64,000 nucleotides of DNA. It comes from Candidatus Latescibacterota bacterium. Lineage in GTDB: Bacteria > Latescibacterota > UBA2968 > GCA-2709665. Positions 10,082 through 18,810 of the stretch are shown in pieces. The notes under the pieces were generated by a model that saw only the letters and a program-made list of their open reading frames with translations, did not search any database and was not told where the DNA came from. The translations under genes and the position numbers were made by a program. The stretch's first letter is position 1, and every line of letters begins with the position of its first letter. The DNA is taken from the NCBI GenBank assembly GCA_965237675.1, contig OZ250150.1, positions 1,696,001 to 1,760,000 of the forward strand, in the 5' to 3' direction.

Positions 10082-11062
10082 ATGAAGCGGATACTTTGTA
10101 TGACACTGATGACCGTTCTCGTGGCCGGCGCATTCTGGAATCCGCCCGCAGAAGCGCGGGACGCACCCGAGATCCTGAAGTCGGAGGACTTCCGGAAGCT
10201 TGGACTGGCGTCGTTTCCATGGATGAAGGTGAACCAGTCCTCACGTGCGGCGGCTATGGGAGATGCATTTACGGCAGTGTCGAACGACATAAACGCGATC
10301 TTTTTCAACCCGGCCGGTCTGGTCCACCTGAAGCGGTTCGGTTACCAGCTTTCCCACACCATGTGGCTGGTCGACACCGGATTTTACAGCGGTGCGTTTG
10401 CCTACAGGACGGGTTGGGGCGTGTTGGGCGTCAACGTCGTGAATTACGACGTGGGCGATATGCCGGTGCGGACCATTTACAACCCCGAGGGCACCGGGGA
10501 AATGGTCAAAGGCGGCGGAATGTCGTTCGGCGTGGCCTATGCGTTTCAGGCAACCGATAAACTGGGGTTGGGCATCCGGGGGGTGTATATTTCCGAGACC
10601 CTGCACACCGACAATATGTCTTCGATCGTACTGGACGCCGGCACGCACTTCTATACCGGTTTTCGTAGCTCCCGAATCGCCTTGGCCATGCGGAATTTCG
10701 GGCCTGATACCAAGGTGCTGGCGGAAGACCAGAAATTCCTGATGCCGATGAATTTCGATATCGGCGTGGCGATGGAAATATTCGGCGAGATGGCCGATCC
10801 GAATTACCTGACGGTCTCTTTCGAGAGTTCCTATCAGGTGGACTACGAACAGAGGTGGCAGATCGGCGGGGAACTCTGGCTGTCAAACGCCGTGGCCCTG
10901 CGAGCAGGATACAAGTTCAACCACGACCTTGAAAGCTATAGCTTTGGCGCGGGTTTCAAGGGCAACTGGGGAGGCCGAACGGTGCTTGTCGACGTCGCCT
11001 ATACCAATGTCGGCGAACTGCTCGATGCACCGCTCCGGTTCAGCATTGGAGGCGCATTTTAA
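10082..11062 (+). CDS. PorV/PorQ-family (FadL-like, UPF0164-like) outer-membrane barrel
   Basis: Hallmark SSRAAAMGDAFTAVSNDINAIFFNPAGL. Also ALRAGYKF...SFGAGF and a C-terminal Phe. ATG at 10082 follows GGAAGGAG, then a signal peptide. Confidence 0.88.
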   Translation: MKRILCMTLMTVLVAGAFWNPPAEARDAPEILKSEDFRKLGLASFPWMKVNQSSRAAAMGDAFTAVSNDINAIFFNPAGLVHLKRFGYQLSHTMWLVDTGFYSGAFAYRTGWGVLGVNVVNYDVGDMPVRTIYNPEGTGEMVKGGGMSFGVAYAFQATDKLGLGIRGVYISETLHTDNMSSIVLDAGTHFYTGFRSSRIALAMRNFGPDTKVLAEDQKFLMPMNFDIGVAMEIFGEMADPNYLTVSFESSYQVDYEQRWQIGGELWLSNAVALRAGYKFNHDLESYSFGAGFKGNWGGRTVLVDVAYTNVGELLDAPLRFSIGGAF

Positions 11063-11115
11063 CTTCCAATGCCGTCGCAGCCCTCTCGTTAGGGCCATTT
11101 GACGTGAACAGAGCT

Positions 11116-11174
11116 AACGGCGGCGCAATGTGTCTCCGGCCGGGTCGGCGGGAAGGGGCATTGGCCGCCGTTTT
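11116..11174 (+). terminator. Long stem-loop, possible terminator after the PorV-family gene
   Basis: AACGGCGGC-G-CAATG (11116-11130) pairs with CATTG-GCCGCCGTT (11159-11172), followed by TTTT. Confidence 0.4.
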
Positions 11175-11267
11175 GTTATCGACGCACGGATCGGTAAGGG
11201 GTATAGACAGGCCCGGGTATGATGGGACTGGACTGGCGTTTTCCCATCGACTTGGCGCGAGGTGGTC

Positions 11268-12155
11268 ATGCGGGCCATCGGATTGTTCTGTGTTTGTCTG
11301 ATTTGGTGGGGCGTTGCGGGTTGTGGGGGTGCGGACGAGCCGCCCACCAGCGCCGTGGAGGAAGTCGACCCGAACAAAGATCGGCCCCTTCCGGTGGGTC
11401 TGGCGCGGCGGTTCGGAGGGGTGGAAATGGTACGGGTGCCCTCCGGTAACTTCACCATGGGCATGGAAAGGGGACCGGCGGATCAGCAGCCCGCCCGGCA
11501 GGTGTACCTGAATGCATTCTACATCGACCGTTTTGAAGTGACCAATGCCGAGTATTTCAAATTCTGGGCGGCTCCTGACGGCGGCATTCGGGAACGTCAT
11601 ACGCCAGCCAGCCACGGTTCCAAGGACGGCATCGGAGACTGGCCTGAGCGTGCCAACACCAGGCCGAACTTTCCCATTGTGGGGATCAACTGGTTCGACG
11701 CGGGCGCCTATTGCGCCTGGCGGGGCGTCCGATTGCCCACGGAGGCGGAATGGGAGAAGACCGCCCGCGGCGATGAGGCGAGGGAGCCGTATCCATGGAA
11801 CAAGGGCCTGAATGGTTCCCGGGCGAATTACAGGGACGGCGACGACGGCTATGACAATACCCTGGCCCCCGTGGGCAATTATACCGAAGGCGTGAGTTTT
11901 TACGGGGCCATGGACCTGGTGGGAAACGTGTGGGAGTGGTGCGCGGACTACTACGATTCCGAATATTACAAGGTGGGCGCCACCACCGGCCCCGAGGGAC
12001 CGGTGGTGGGCCGGTTCCGGGTACTTCGGGGAGGGTCCTGGCGGACAGCCGCGTTCCAGGATCCGAACAAACTCAGCATCACCTACCGGAGTTGGTCGGA
12101 TCCCGAGGGCGCCACCGATGGATGGGGCGTCCGGTGCGCCAGGGACGTAAACTGA
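11268..12155 (+). CDS. FGE-sulfatase/SUMF1-fold lipoprotein
   Basis: Motifs PSGNFTMG, FYIDRFEVTNAEY, RLPTEAEWEKTARG, DLVGNVWEWC, RVLRGGSW, GVRCA. Lipobox VAGC. Start 11268 (or 11262). Confidence 0.88.
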   Translation: MRAIGLFCVCLIWWGVAGCGGADEPPTSAVEEVDPNKDRPLPVGLARRFGGVEMVRVPSGNFTMGMERGPADQQPARQVYLNAFYIDRFEVTNAEYFKFWAAPDGGIRERHTPASHGSKDGIGDWPERANTRPNFPIVGINWFDAGAYCAWRGVRLPTEAEWEKTARGDEAREPYPWNKGLNGSRANYRDGDDGYDNTLAPVGNYTEGVSFYGAMDLVGNVWEWCADYYDSEYYKVGATTGPEGPVVGRFRVLRGGSWRTAAFQDPNKLSITYRSWSDPEGATDGWGVRCARDVN

Positions 12156-12157
12156 AA

Positions 12158-13015
12158 ATGCGGGGGTGGAGGCGGTGGCAGGCTGCCTGGTATGGTCTCC
12201 TGGTGTGTGCCGGGTGCAGAGGCGGGTCCCTGCTGGACGACCTTCCGGAGGGCGTCTTCCTGGACCGGACACCTGCCGGTACGGTCGATACGATGCTGGT
12301 CGTACCCTCGGGCGATTTCCTGATGGGCACGAATCGTGGATTCGACCCGGAAGGTCCTGCGCATGTCGTCTATCTCAATGCGTTTTATATTGACAAATAC
12401 GAGGTGACGAACGCTCAATTCCGTGCGTATGCCCGTGCGACGGGAGTTTCGTTGCCGCTGGAAACCCGGAATCCGTTATTTTCCAATGACCGTCAGCCGG
12501 TTGTGGGGGTGATGTGGACCGAAGCGGATGCCTATTGCAGGTGGCGCGGCGGACGCCTGCCCACGGAGGCGCAGTGGGAAAAGGCGGCTCGGGGGACGGA
12601 CGGACGGACATATTCGTGGGGTGAAGAGGCGCCCGGAGGGAACTACGCGATCATGGATCTGGGCGGGAGGTGCGGGCGTACCAACTGGGCCAACCCGTCC
12701 GCCGGTCCGGTGCCCGGGGAGTTCTGTCATACCATGCCGGTGGGTTCGAGGCCCAGGGGCGCGAGCCCGTACGGGTTGCTGGACATGGCGGGCAATGCCT
12801 GGGAGTGGTGCAACGACTGGTACGACGATACTTACTACAGTCGAAGTCCCAAAGAAGATCCATCCGGCCCGGCGACCGGGACGTTCCGTGTGGTGAGAGG
12901 CAGTTCCTGGCACCACCTGCCCCATTATCTGAAGACGTCGGCCCGGTTCAGATTTTATCCGGACCAGAAGGGCAATTTCATCGGGTTTCGCTGTGTGCGG
13001 GACGTACATCAATAA
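12158..13015 (+). CDS. Second FGE-sulfatase/SUMF1-fold lipoprotein
   Basis: Motifs PSGDFLMG, FYIDKYEVTNAQF, RLPTEAQWEKAARG, DMAGNAWEWC, RGSSW, IGFRCV. Lipobox-like CAGC. ATG at 12158 lies 2 nt after the upstream stop. Confidence 0.87.
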   Translation: MRGWRRWQAAWYGLLVCAGCRGGSLLDDLPEGVFLDRTPAGTVDTMLVVPSGDFLMGTNRGFDPEGPAHVVYLNAFYIDKYEVTNAQFRAYARATGVSLPLETRNPLFSNDRQPVVGVMWTEADAYCRWRGGRLPTEAQWEKAARGTDGRTYSWGEEAPGGNYAIMDLGGRCGRTNWANPSAGPVPGEFCHTMPVGSRPRGASPYGLLDMAGNAWEWCNDWYDDTYYSRSPKEDPSGPATGTFRVVRGSSWHHLPHYLKTSARFRFYPDQKGNFIGFRCVRDVHQ

Positions 13016-14162
13016 CCTGTGCGTCGGCGCGGTGGGCCGGGCGCTGTGGCGGGGTACGCTGGTGGTCTGCGTGATGTCTGCGCAACCTCTCCTCGCGAGC
13101 ACGGAAAGGGTCGCTCTTAACGATAGCGCGGCCAGCCGGTTGACCGAGGCGATTGGCCTGATGCCGCCGGCGGCAACCGGATTGGGGGCGGGAGCGACAC
13201 CCGGCGCGTATCCGCCATTTGCAGAGGCCGCCGGCCTCGTGGCCGGGAGCCGAGGTGAGAGTGAGGCGGAATGGAATCTGACCCAGGCGGCGCTCGGCCT
13301 CACGGTTGCGCACCTGCGTAAAGCCCTGGTGGCCGCTCCGGATTTCGCCGCGGCGCACTACCTTCTGGGCCTGATGGATGCGAGACAGCGCAGGTACGGG
13401 GACGCGCTTGCAGCCTATCGGCGGGCCGCCAGGGCGGGGATGCCCTTTTCCGGCGATCCGTTGAAGGCGCTTTTCCTGCGGGCGGTCTCCCGTTGTCAGT
13501 CCGCCGCGGAGCAGGTTGCGACGGGCACCCAGTTCCTGGATCGGGGGAAAGTTGAGGAGGCGCGGGCGGCGTATCGGGAGGCCGTCGCGCTGATGCCGGA
13601 CTACGCTGAGGCGCACGCGAACCTGGGCCTTGTCCATATGCTCGCGGGAGATCTTGAAGGGGCCGTTTCCCGGCAACTGGAGGCTATCCGCCTGAAGCCG
13701 GACCTGGCCGAGGCGCATTACAACCTGGGCAATGTATATTCCCGGCAGGGCAGGTACACGGAGGCGGTGCTCTCGTACCGCGAGGCCATCCGGCTGAAAC
13801 CGGGAAGCGCGCCGCCCGATTCGCTCGTGTCGGTTGTCGACGCGCACCAGGGGGCGTATACCCGGTCGGTGGCCGGGTACCAGCATGCCAGGCGCTACGC
13901 GGGTCTGGCAAACGCGTATTTCAATCTCGGAAACAACGAAGCGGCGATTGCGGCCTACGAGCGCGCGATCGGTTTCGCGCCCGATTTTGCCGACGGGCAC
14001 TACAATCTGGCCGTTATCCACGAACGGACGGGCGACGTGGGGAGCGCCATCGTCCACTGGCGGGCTTATCTGAAGCTTGCCCGGCGGGATTCCGCACAGC
14101 AGGCGTGGGTTGCCGACGCCAGGGCAAGACTGAATCGGCTGGAAGAATCTCAAAAAAAGTGA
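12993..14162 (+). CDS. Tetratricopeptide repeat protein
   Basis: Repeated TPR consensus (PDYAEAHANLG, PDLAEAHYNLGNVY, PDFADGHYNLAVI). Start codon uncertain. Confidence 0.8.
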   Translation: MCGTYINNLCVGAVGRALWRGTLVVCVMSAQPLLASTERVALNDSAASRLTEAIGLMPPAATGLGAGATPGAYPPFAEAAGLVAGSRGESEAEWNLTQAALGLTVAHLRKALVAAPDFAAAHYLLGLMDARQRRYGDALAAYRRAARAGMPFSGDPLKALFLRAVSRCQSAAEQVATGTQFLDRGKVEEARAAYREAVALMPDYAEAHANLGLVHMLAGDLEGAVSRQLEAIRLKPDLAEAHYNLGNVYSRQGRYTEAVLSYREAIRLKPGSAPPDSLVSVVDAHQGAYTRSVAGYQHARRYAGLANAYFNLGNNEAAIAAYERAIGFAPDFADGHYNLAVIHERTGDVGSAIVHWRAYLKLARRDSAQQAWVADARARLNRLEESQKK

Positions 14163-15892
14163 TACGCTTCTGTATTATATGGACCTTTTCTGTGTTCCTG
14201 ACGTGCATGGAGGGAAACAGCCTCGCGCAGGGGGTGGTCTTCAAGGATGTGACCGAGGCCGCAGGGATCCGGTTCAGGCACGATAACGGCGGGTCCGGCA
14301 GGGAATATATGCCGGAATCGATGGGGTCGGGATGCGCGTTCTGGGATTACGACGGCGATGGGGATGCGGATATTCTCCTGATCAACGGCGCCCCGTTGCG
14401 GGAGCGCGGATCGGGGCCGCCATCGACGATGGCGCTTTACCGCAACGATGGAGACGGGAGCTTTTCGGATGTAACGGCGCAGGCGGGGCTCAAGCAGCCC
14501 GTGTACGGCATGGGCTGCGCGGCTGGAGACTATGACAACGACGGAGACGGCGACCTGTACGTGGCCTGCCTGGGCGTCAACCGGCTGTACCGGAATCGGG
14601 GAGACGGTACATTTGAGGACGCCACGACGCGGATGGGGGTGGGAGATTCGACCTGGAGCGTGTGCGCGGTCTGGCTGGACTACGATCGGGATGGGGATCT
14701 GGACCTGTTTGTCGGCAATTACCTGAAATGGACGGCGGAACGGGATAATTGGCTATCCGAGCGATCGGACGCGCGATCGTACGCACCCCAGCTGTACGAT
14801 CCGGAGTATTCGCGGTTATACCGCAACGACGGTGACCGTTTTTCCGACGTCACGGCAGTATCCGGAATCGGGGAAAAACCGGGAAAGGGAATGTCGGCCG
14901 TCGCGGTGGATTACAATGGGGACGGATGGCCGGACATTCTGATGTCCAACGACACCATGCCGGACTATCTTTACCGTAACAACGGAGACGGCACGTTCAC
15001 GGAGGACGGCCTACTGGCCGGCGTGGCGTTCAGCGCCGCGGGAGAGGCGAAATCCGGCATGGGGGTAGACGCCGGAGACATCCGAAACACCGGCCGGGCG
15101 GACGTGGCAATCGGAAATTTCGCCTTTGAGATGATTTCGCTGTTTCAATGCCAGGAAGGCGGGTACTTCACGGATTGGACCCTGCCTTCCGGCGTGGGTC
15201 ACCCGAGTGCGCAGTTCGTGACTTTTGGCGTGTTTTTTTTCGACTTTGACCTGGACGGCCACCTGGACCTCTTCGCGGCAAACGGACATGTGGACGACCG
15301 GATCGAGGAGGCCAAACCTCACCTCAGGTACGCCCAGCGCCCGCTGCTGTACCGTAACACCGGGGGTGGCCGCTTTGCGGAAGTCGGAGCGAAGAGCGGC
15401 GACCTTGAACGCCCGCTGGTGGGTCGAGGGGCGGCGTACGCGGACTACGACGGAGACGGAGACCTGGACGTACTGGTGTCCACCAACAACGGCCGTCCCG
15501 CGCTATTTCGCAACGACGGGGGAAACAGGAACCGTTGCCTGCGGGTGAAACTGGTCGGAGGTGTCCCACCCACGGGCGACCGGCTTCGGAAGCCGATCGG
15601 AGAACCGTCCTGGTCCAACCGGGATGGGATCGGCTCGGTCGTTCGGGTGCGGGTGGCGGGCAAGTTGCAAACGCGCTCCGTCAGGGCGGGATCCAGCTAT
15701 TGTTCGCAGAGTGAGCAGATATTGACATTCGGGCTGGCAGGCGCCCGGGCCGCCGATGCGGTTGAGGTGGTCTGGCCCTCCGGCCGGATAGAACGGATCA
15801 ACAACGTTGCAGCCGGGCAGACGGTGACCGTTCGGGAGGGACGGGGAATTGTTGCCAGGGCGCCGCTAAGGGCTATATCGGCGGCGGATTGA
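14159..15892 (+). CDS. CRTAC1-family protein (FG-GAP/VCBS propeller + ASPIC/UnbV)
   Basis: Repeated DYDxDGxxD and LYRNxGDGTFxDVT. C-terminal NRDGIGSVVRV...GSSYCSQS...FGL...VVWPSG. GTG start overlaps the TPR stop (GTGA). Confidence 0.9.
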   Translation: MIRFCIIWTFSVFLTCMEGNSLAQGVVFKDVTEAAGIRFRHDNGGSGREYMPESMGSGCAFWDYDGDGDADILLINGAPLRERGSGPPSTMALYRNDGDGSFSDVTAQAGLKQPVYGMGCAAGDYDNDGDGDLYVACLGVNRLYRNRGDGTFEDATTRMGVGDSTWSVCAVWLDYDRDGDLDLFVGNYLKWTAERDNWLSERSDARSYAPQLYDPEYSRLYRNDGDRFSDVTAVSGIGEKPGKGMSAVAVDYNGDGWPDILMSNDTMPDYLYRNNGDGTFTEDGLLAGVAFSAAGEAKSGMGVDAGDIRNTGRADVAIGNFAFEMISLFQCQEGGYFTDWTLPSGVGHPSAQFVTFGVFFFDFDLDGHLDLFAANGHVDDRIEEAKPHLRYAQRPLLYRNTGGGRFAEVGAKSGDLERPLVGRGAAYADYDGDGDLDVLVSTNNGRPALFRNDGGNRNRCLRVKLVGGVPPTGDRLRKPIGEPSWSNRDGIGSVVRVRVAGKLQTRSVRAGSSYCSQSEQILTFGLAGARAADAVEVVWPSGRIERINNVAAGQTVTVREGRGIVARAPLRAISAAD

Positions 15893-15951
15893 GGGATCTC
15901 AACAAATAGTGTCCCGTCCCAGAAATATGTTACCATTCATCCGCCGATTCA

Positions 15952-16010
15952 TCCCGTCTCGCTACGCCCGTTCTGGTCCCGTCTCGCTACGCCCGTTCTG
16001 GTCCCGTCTC
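15952..16010. repeat. 25-bp perfect tandem repeat (2.4 copies)
   Basis: TCCCGTCTCGCTACGCCCGTTCTGG at 15952-15976 and 15977-16001, plus TCCCGTCTC at 16002-16010. Confidence 0.9.
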
Positions 16011-16050
16011 TTCACGGCGCTGATGTCAACTGATTGGGTTTTTGGTTCAA

Positions 16051-16075
16051 GCTGACGGCTGAGAGCTGATAGCTG
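16051..16075. repeat. Heptamer tandem repeat (GCTGANN)n
   Basis: GCTGACG GCTGAGA GCTGATA GCTG. Confidence 0.7.
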
Positions 16076-16143
16076 TTTTTGCTGCTTCTGATCGGCCGAA
16101 TTTAGCCAATCTATTTCAGGGACAGAACACTAGGGGGCGCGAC

Positions 16144-18615
16144 ATGGACACCGGACATCGATTCCAGCCTGTCCTTCTTCAGCAATTCTGTACCGCGGTT
16201 CTGTTGCTTGGATTGTGCGTACCGACGACAGCGGGTACGCTTTCGAGGAGGGATTCAATACTCGCCGTCGGTGATCGGCAGATGGATAACCGCCAACCCG
16301 GGGAGGCCGTGGTCACCTTCACCCGGCTTGCCGAGGCCTTTCCCGGTGACGCGCACGTACTGACCCGCCTGGGACGTGCACAACTCAAGGTTGGAGACTT
16401 CAAGGCGGCCAAGAGGTCCTTTGAGGCGGCCCTCGAACTGGATGAGGAAAATGCGGCGGCCCACGCCGGCCTTGCACTTTCGTACGCCGAGATGCCCGCC
16501 AAGGGGATCAGCGCCTTTCATAACTTCCGCCGGTCCGTGAGCGCGGCAAAAAAGGCCATCGAGCTGGATCCCGGACAGGCTGAGGCCTACCGGGCCCTTG
16601 GAGAGGCTCACGAACGATTCAAGGAGAACTACGAGAAAGCGCTTGAGTATTTCGATACGTACCTGGAGATGGAGCCGGACGATCCCGACGGTCTTTACTA
16701 TTTCGGGCTGGCCTGCATACAGGCCGAGACCTACGAGAGAATCGCCAGGCACATAATCCCCTATATGGAGACGAACGCCGAGGATGTCCGGCTGTTTCCC
16801 ATCGGCGCGCAGGGCTTTTTCTTCGAGGAAAGGTACAAAGAGGCGCTGGACTATTTCGAACGCTTCCTGGGCACTGTTGACCCGCAGGAACGCGAAATGT
16901 ACACCGATATTGCGAACGTGGCTTCCGCGGAGGAACTCCGGGAGTTCCAGGCGCTGCCAGACACGACGGAGCGCCAGGCCTTCCTTGAGCGGTTCTGGCT
17001 GCGGCGGGATCCCGATATGATGACCCGCGTCAACGAACGCATCGTCGAGCACTACCGGCGGGTCTGGTATGCCCGCACCTTTTTTGCGGAGAAGGTCTCG
17101 CCCTGGGACAAGCGCGGGGAAGTCTACATCCGTTACGGCAAGCCGGACTACCGGTCGCGGTCCTACGATCGCGACCTGACCCTCACCCCCGACGTGGAAG
17201 CGGTCCGCATGCGCATGGCATACAGCCTCTACGGGGCCGAGGCTTCCTTTATGACGTTTACCGGTCCGGTTTTTCCAATCCGGGCGTTTCGCCATCCCAT
17301 TACCCAGCGCACGCTGGACGACCTCCACGGTTTCGGTTCCGTCGATCAACGCGACGCCAGTTTTCAGGATGACGGCTTCACCTCCAATACCGATGCCGCG
17401 GACGAGGAGGAATTTCAGGAACGCAACCTGGAGGGAACCCCGCTGACTACGCCGCTCACCCGGAGCGACTACGATGACCAGGACGGGGCGCGGTTCGACG
17501 AGTTCGGAAATCAGATCGCCCGGATCAAGTTCGGCGACTATATCCCCGTAACGATCCACACCGACCTGGCCACCGTACCCTGGGAAACCTGGATCTACAC
17601 GCAGATACAGGGGGGAATCGAGATTGTGTTTACGGATGAAAACAAGAGCGGTCAATTCAATTTCGCCCCGATTCCCCCGGTTACCTCCCTGAACAGGCAA
17701 CTCGTCAACGTAACCCGTCTGGTCAAATACGCGCCCGAGATCATATACCAGAACGCCGCGCACGAGACCCCCGACTATTACCGGCCGGGCATCCAGGGAC
17801 CTGCGCTGAACTTTTATTACGATCTCGCCAACTTCCAGGGTTCCGATGGGCAAACCAGCGTAGAAGTCTACTACGGCATTCCACCGGAACAGGTCCGGAT
17901 TGCCGAGCAGGCCGATTCCGCGCAGGTCAGAGTGCAGTGCGCCATGGCCCTGGCCGACGCGGCCCACAAGACGATTTACCGCGATACCCGGGAGTTTTTC
18001 TATGAGGGTCGGGCGGACTTCGCCAGGGACAAAGGCGCGTTTCTGCCCGAAATGCTAAGGACCCGCGTTCCGCCGGGGAAATACGAACTCCAGGTGCAGG
18101 TCAAGGACCTGTCTTCCGGACATACCGGGCTATACAAGCAGGCTGTCCAGGTTCCGGACTACAACGTCGAAAAGCTCAAGATCAGCGATATCCTGCTGGC
18201 TTCGGAAATCGGTGACGCGGATTCAGCCGGCAAGTTCAGCAGGGGCGATATCCGGGTTGTACCGATGCCCACGAGGAATTACAGGAAGGCACAGAAGGTG
18301 TATGCCTACTACGAGATCTACAACCTGGAAAAGAACCGTTTCGGACAAACAGACTACGAGGTGAAGTATGTTGTCCGAAACGTCGTCGGGCGGTCGGAAG
18401 GCGTGGCGGGCGCCATCACCTCGCTCTTCAAGCGCAGAAAGACGCAGGTGTCGGTGTCGTACGAACACGCCGGAACGGCCACCACCGAACAGCAGTACTT
18501 TGAAATCGACCTGGACAAAGCCAAACCGGGCGTGCAGGTCCTGGAGGTAAAGATCAAGGACAGGGTCAGCGGGGATACCGGGACCCGCGAGATTCAGTTC
18601 CGATACGGGATTTGA
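16144..18615 (+). CDS. TPR + GWxTD-domain protein
   Basis: Signal peptide and N-terminal TPRs. FLERFWLRRDPD...NERIVEHYRRVWYARTFF...WDKRGEVYIRYGKPD is the GWxTD-domain signature with a variant core. Beta-rich C-terminal domains follow. Confidence 0.85.
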   Translation: MDTGHRFQPVLLQQFCTAVLLLGLCVPTTAGTLSRRDSILAVGDRQMDNRQPGEAVVTFTRLAEAFPGDAHVLTRLGRAQLKVGDFKAAKRSFEAALELDEENAAAHAGLALSYAEMPAKGISAFHNFRRSVSAAKKAIELDPGQAEAYRALGEAHERFKENYEKALEYFDTYLEMEPDDPDGLYYFGLACIQAETYERIARHIIPYMETNAEDVRLFPIGAQGFFFEERYKEALDYFERFLGTVDPQEREMYTDIANVASAEELREFQALPDTTERQAFLERFWLRRDPDMMTRVNERIVEHYRRVWYARTFFAEKVSPWDKRGEVYIRYGKPDYRSRSYDRDLTLTPDVEAVRMRMAYSLYGAEASFMTFTGPVFPIRAFRHPITQRTLDDLHGFGSVDQRDASFQDDGFTSNTDAADEEEFQERNLEGTPLTTPLTRSDYDDQDGARFDEFGNQIARIKFGDYIPVTIHTDLATVPWETWIYTQIQGGIEIVFTDENKSGQFNFAPIPPVTSLNRQLVNVTRLVKYAPEIIYQNAAHETPDYYRPGIQGPALNFYYDLANFQGSDGQTSVEVYYGIPPEQVRIAEQADSAQVRVQCAMALADAAHKTIYRDTREFFYEGRADFARDKGAFLPEMLRTRVPPGKYELQVQVKDLSSGHTGLYKQAVQVPDYNVEKLKISDILLASEIGDADSAGKFSRGDIRVVPMPTRNYRKAQKVYAYYEIYNLEKNRFGQTDYEVKYVVRNVVGRSEGVAGAITSLFKRRKTQVSVSYEHAGTATTEQQYFEIDLDKAKPGVQVLEVKIKDRVSGDTGTREIQFRYGI

Positions 18616-18661
18616 TACCAGGGCGGGCGCGGTAGATCGAGCGCCGTTCTGAACGTGAGGA

Positions 18662-18699
18662 ATGCAAGTAGGGCGCAGTGTACTGCGCCCTACTTGCAT
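18662..18699. repeat. GTAG-type REP-like perfect palindrome
   Basis: ATGCAAGTAGGGCGCAGT-gt-ACTGCGCCCTACTTGCAT: 18-bp perfect arms with a GTAGGGCG...CGCCCTAC core. Confidence 0.8.
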
Positions 18700-18810
18700 C
18701 TGAATAGGCTCCCGGCGAGAATAAGAACCGTGTCAGGTGAGAATAGAACGCATTGGCGGATCGGAGACGTGGCAACACACGCAGGATTGTCATCAGGGAG
18801 GAGCCGGGAA

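Larger units (their letters stand above)
15907..16132. mobile_element. MITE with IS630-like ends (TA duplication)
   Basis: TAGTGTCCCGTCCCAGAAATA (15907-15927) versus the reverse complement of 16112-16132, TAGTGTTCTGTCCCTGAAATA (18/21). TA at both outer ends and no ORF. A third copy of the end lies at 63959. Confidence 0.75.

Noticed and set aside
11268-13015. FGE/C-type-lectin-fold genes as diversity-generating retroelement targets
   Set aside because: No reverse transcriptase, and no near-identical template repeat differing at adenines, was seen in the window.
15952-16010. 25-bp direct repeats as a CRISPR array
   Set aside because: The copies are head-to-tail with no spacers, there are only 2.4 units, and no cas genes are present.
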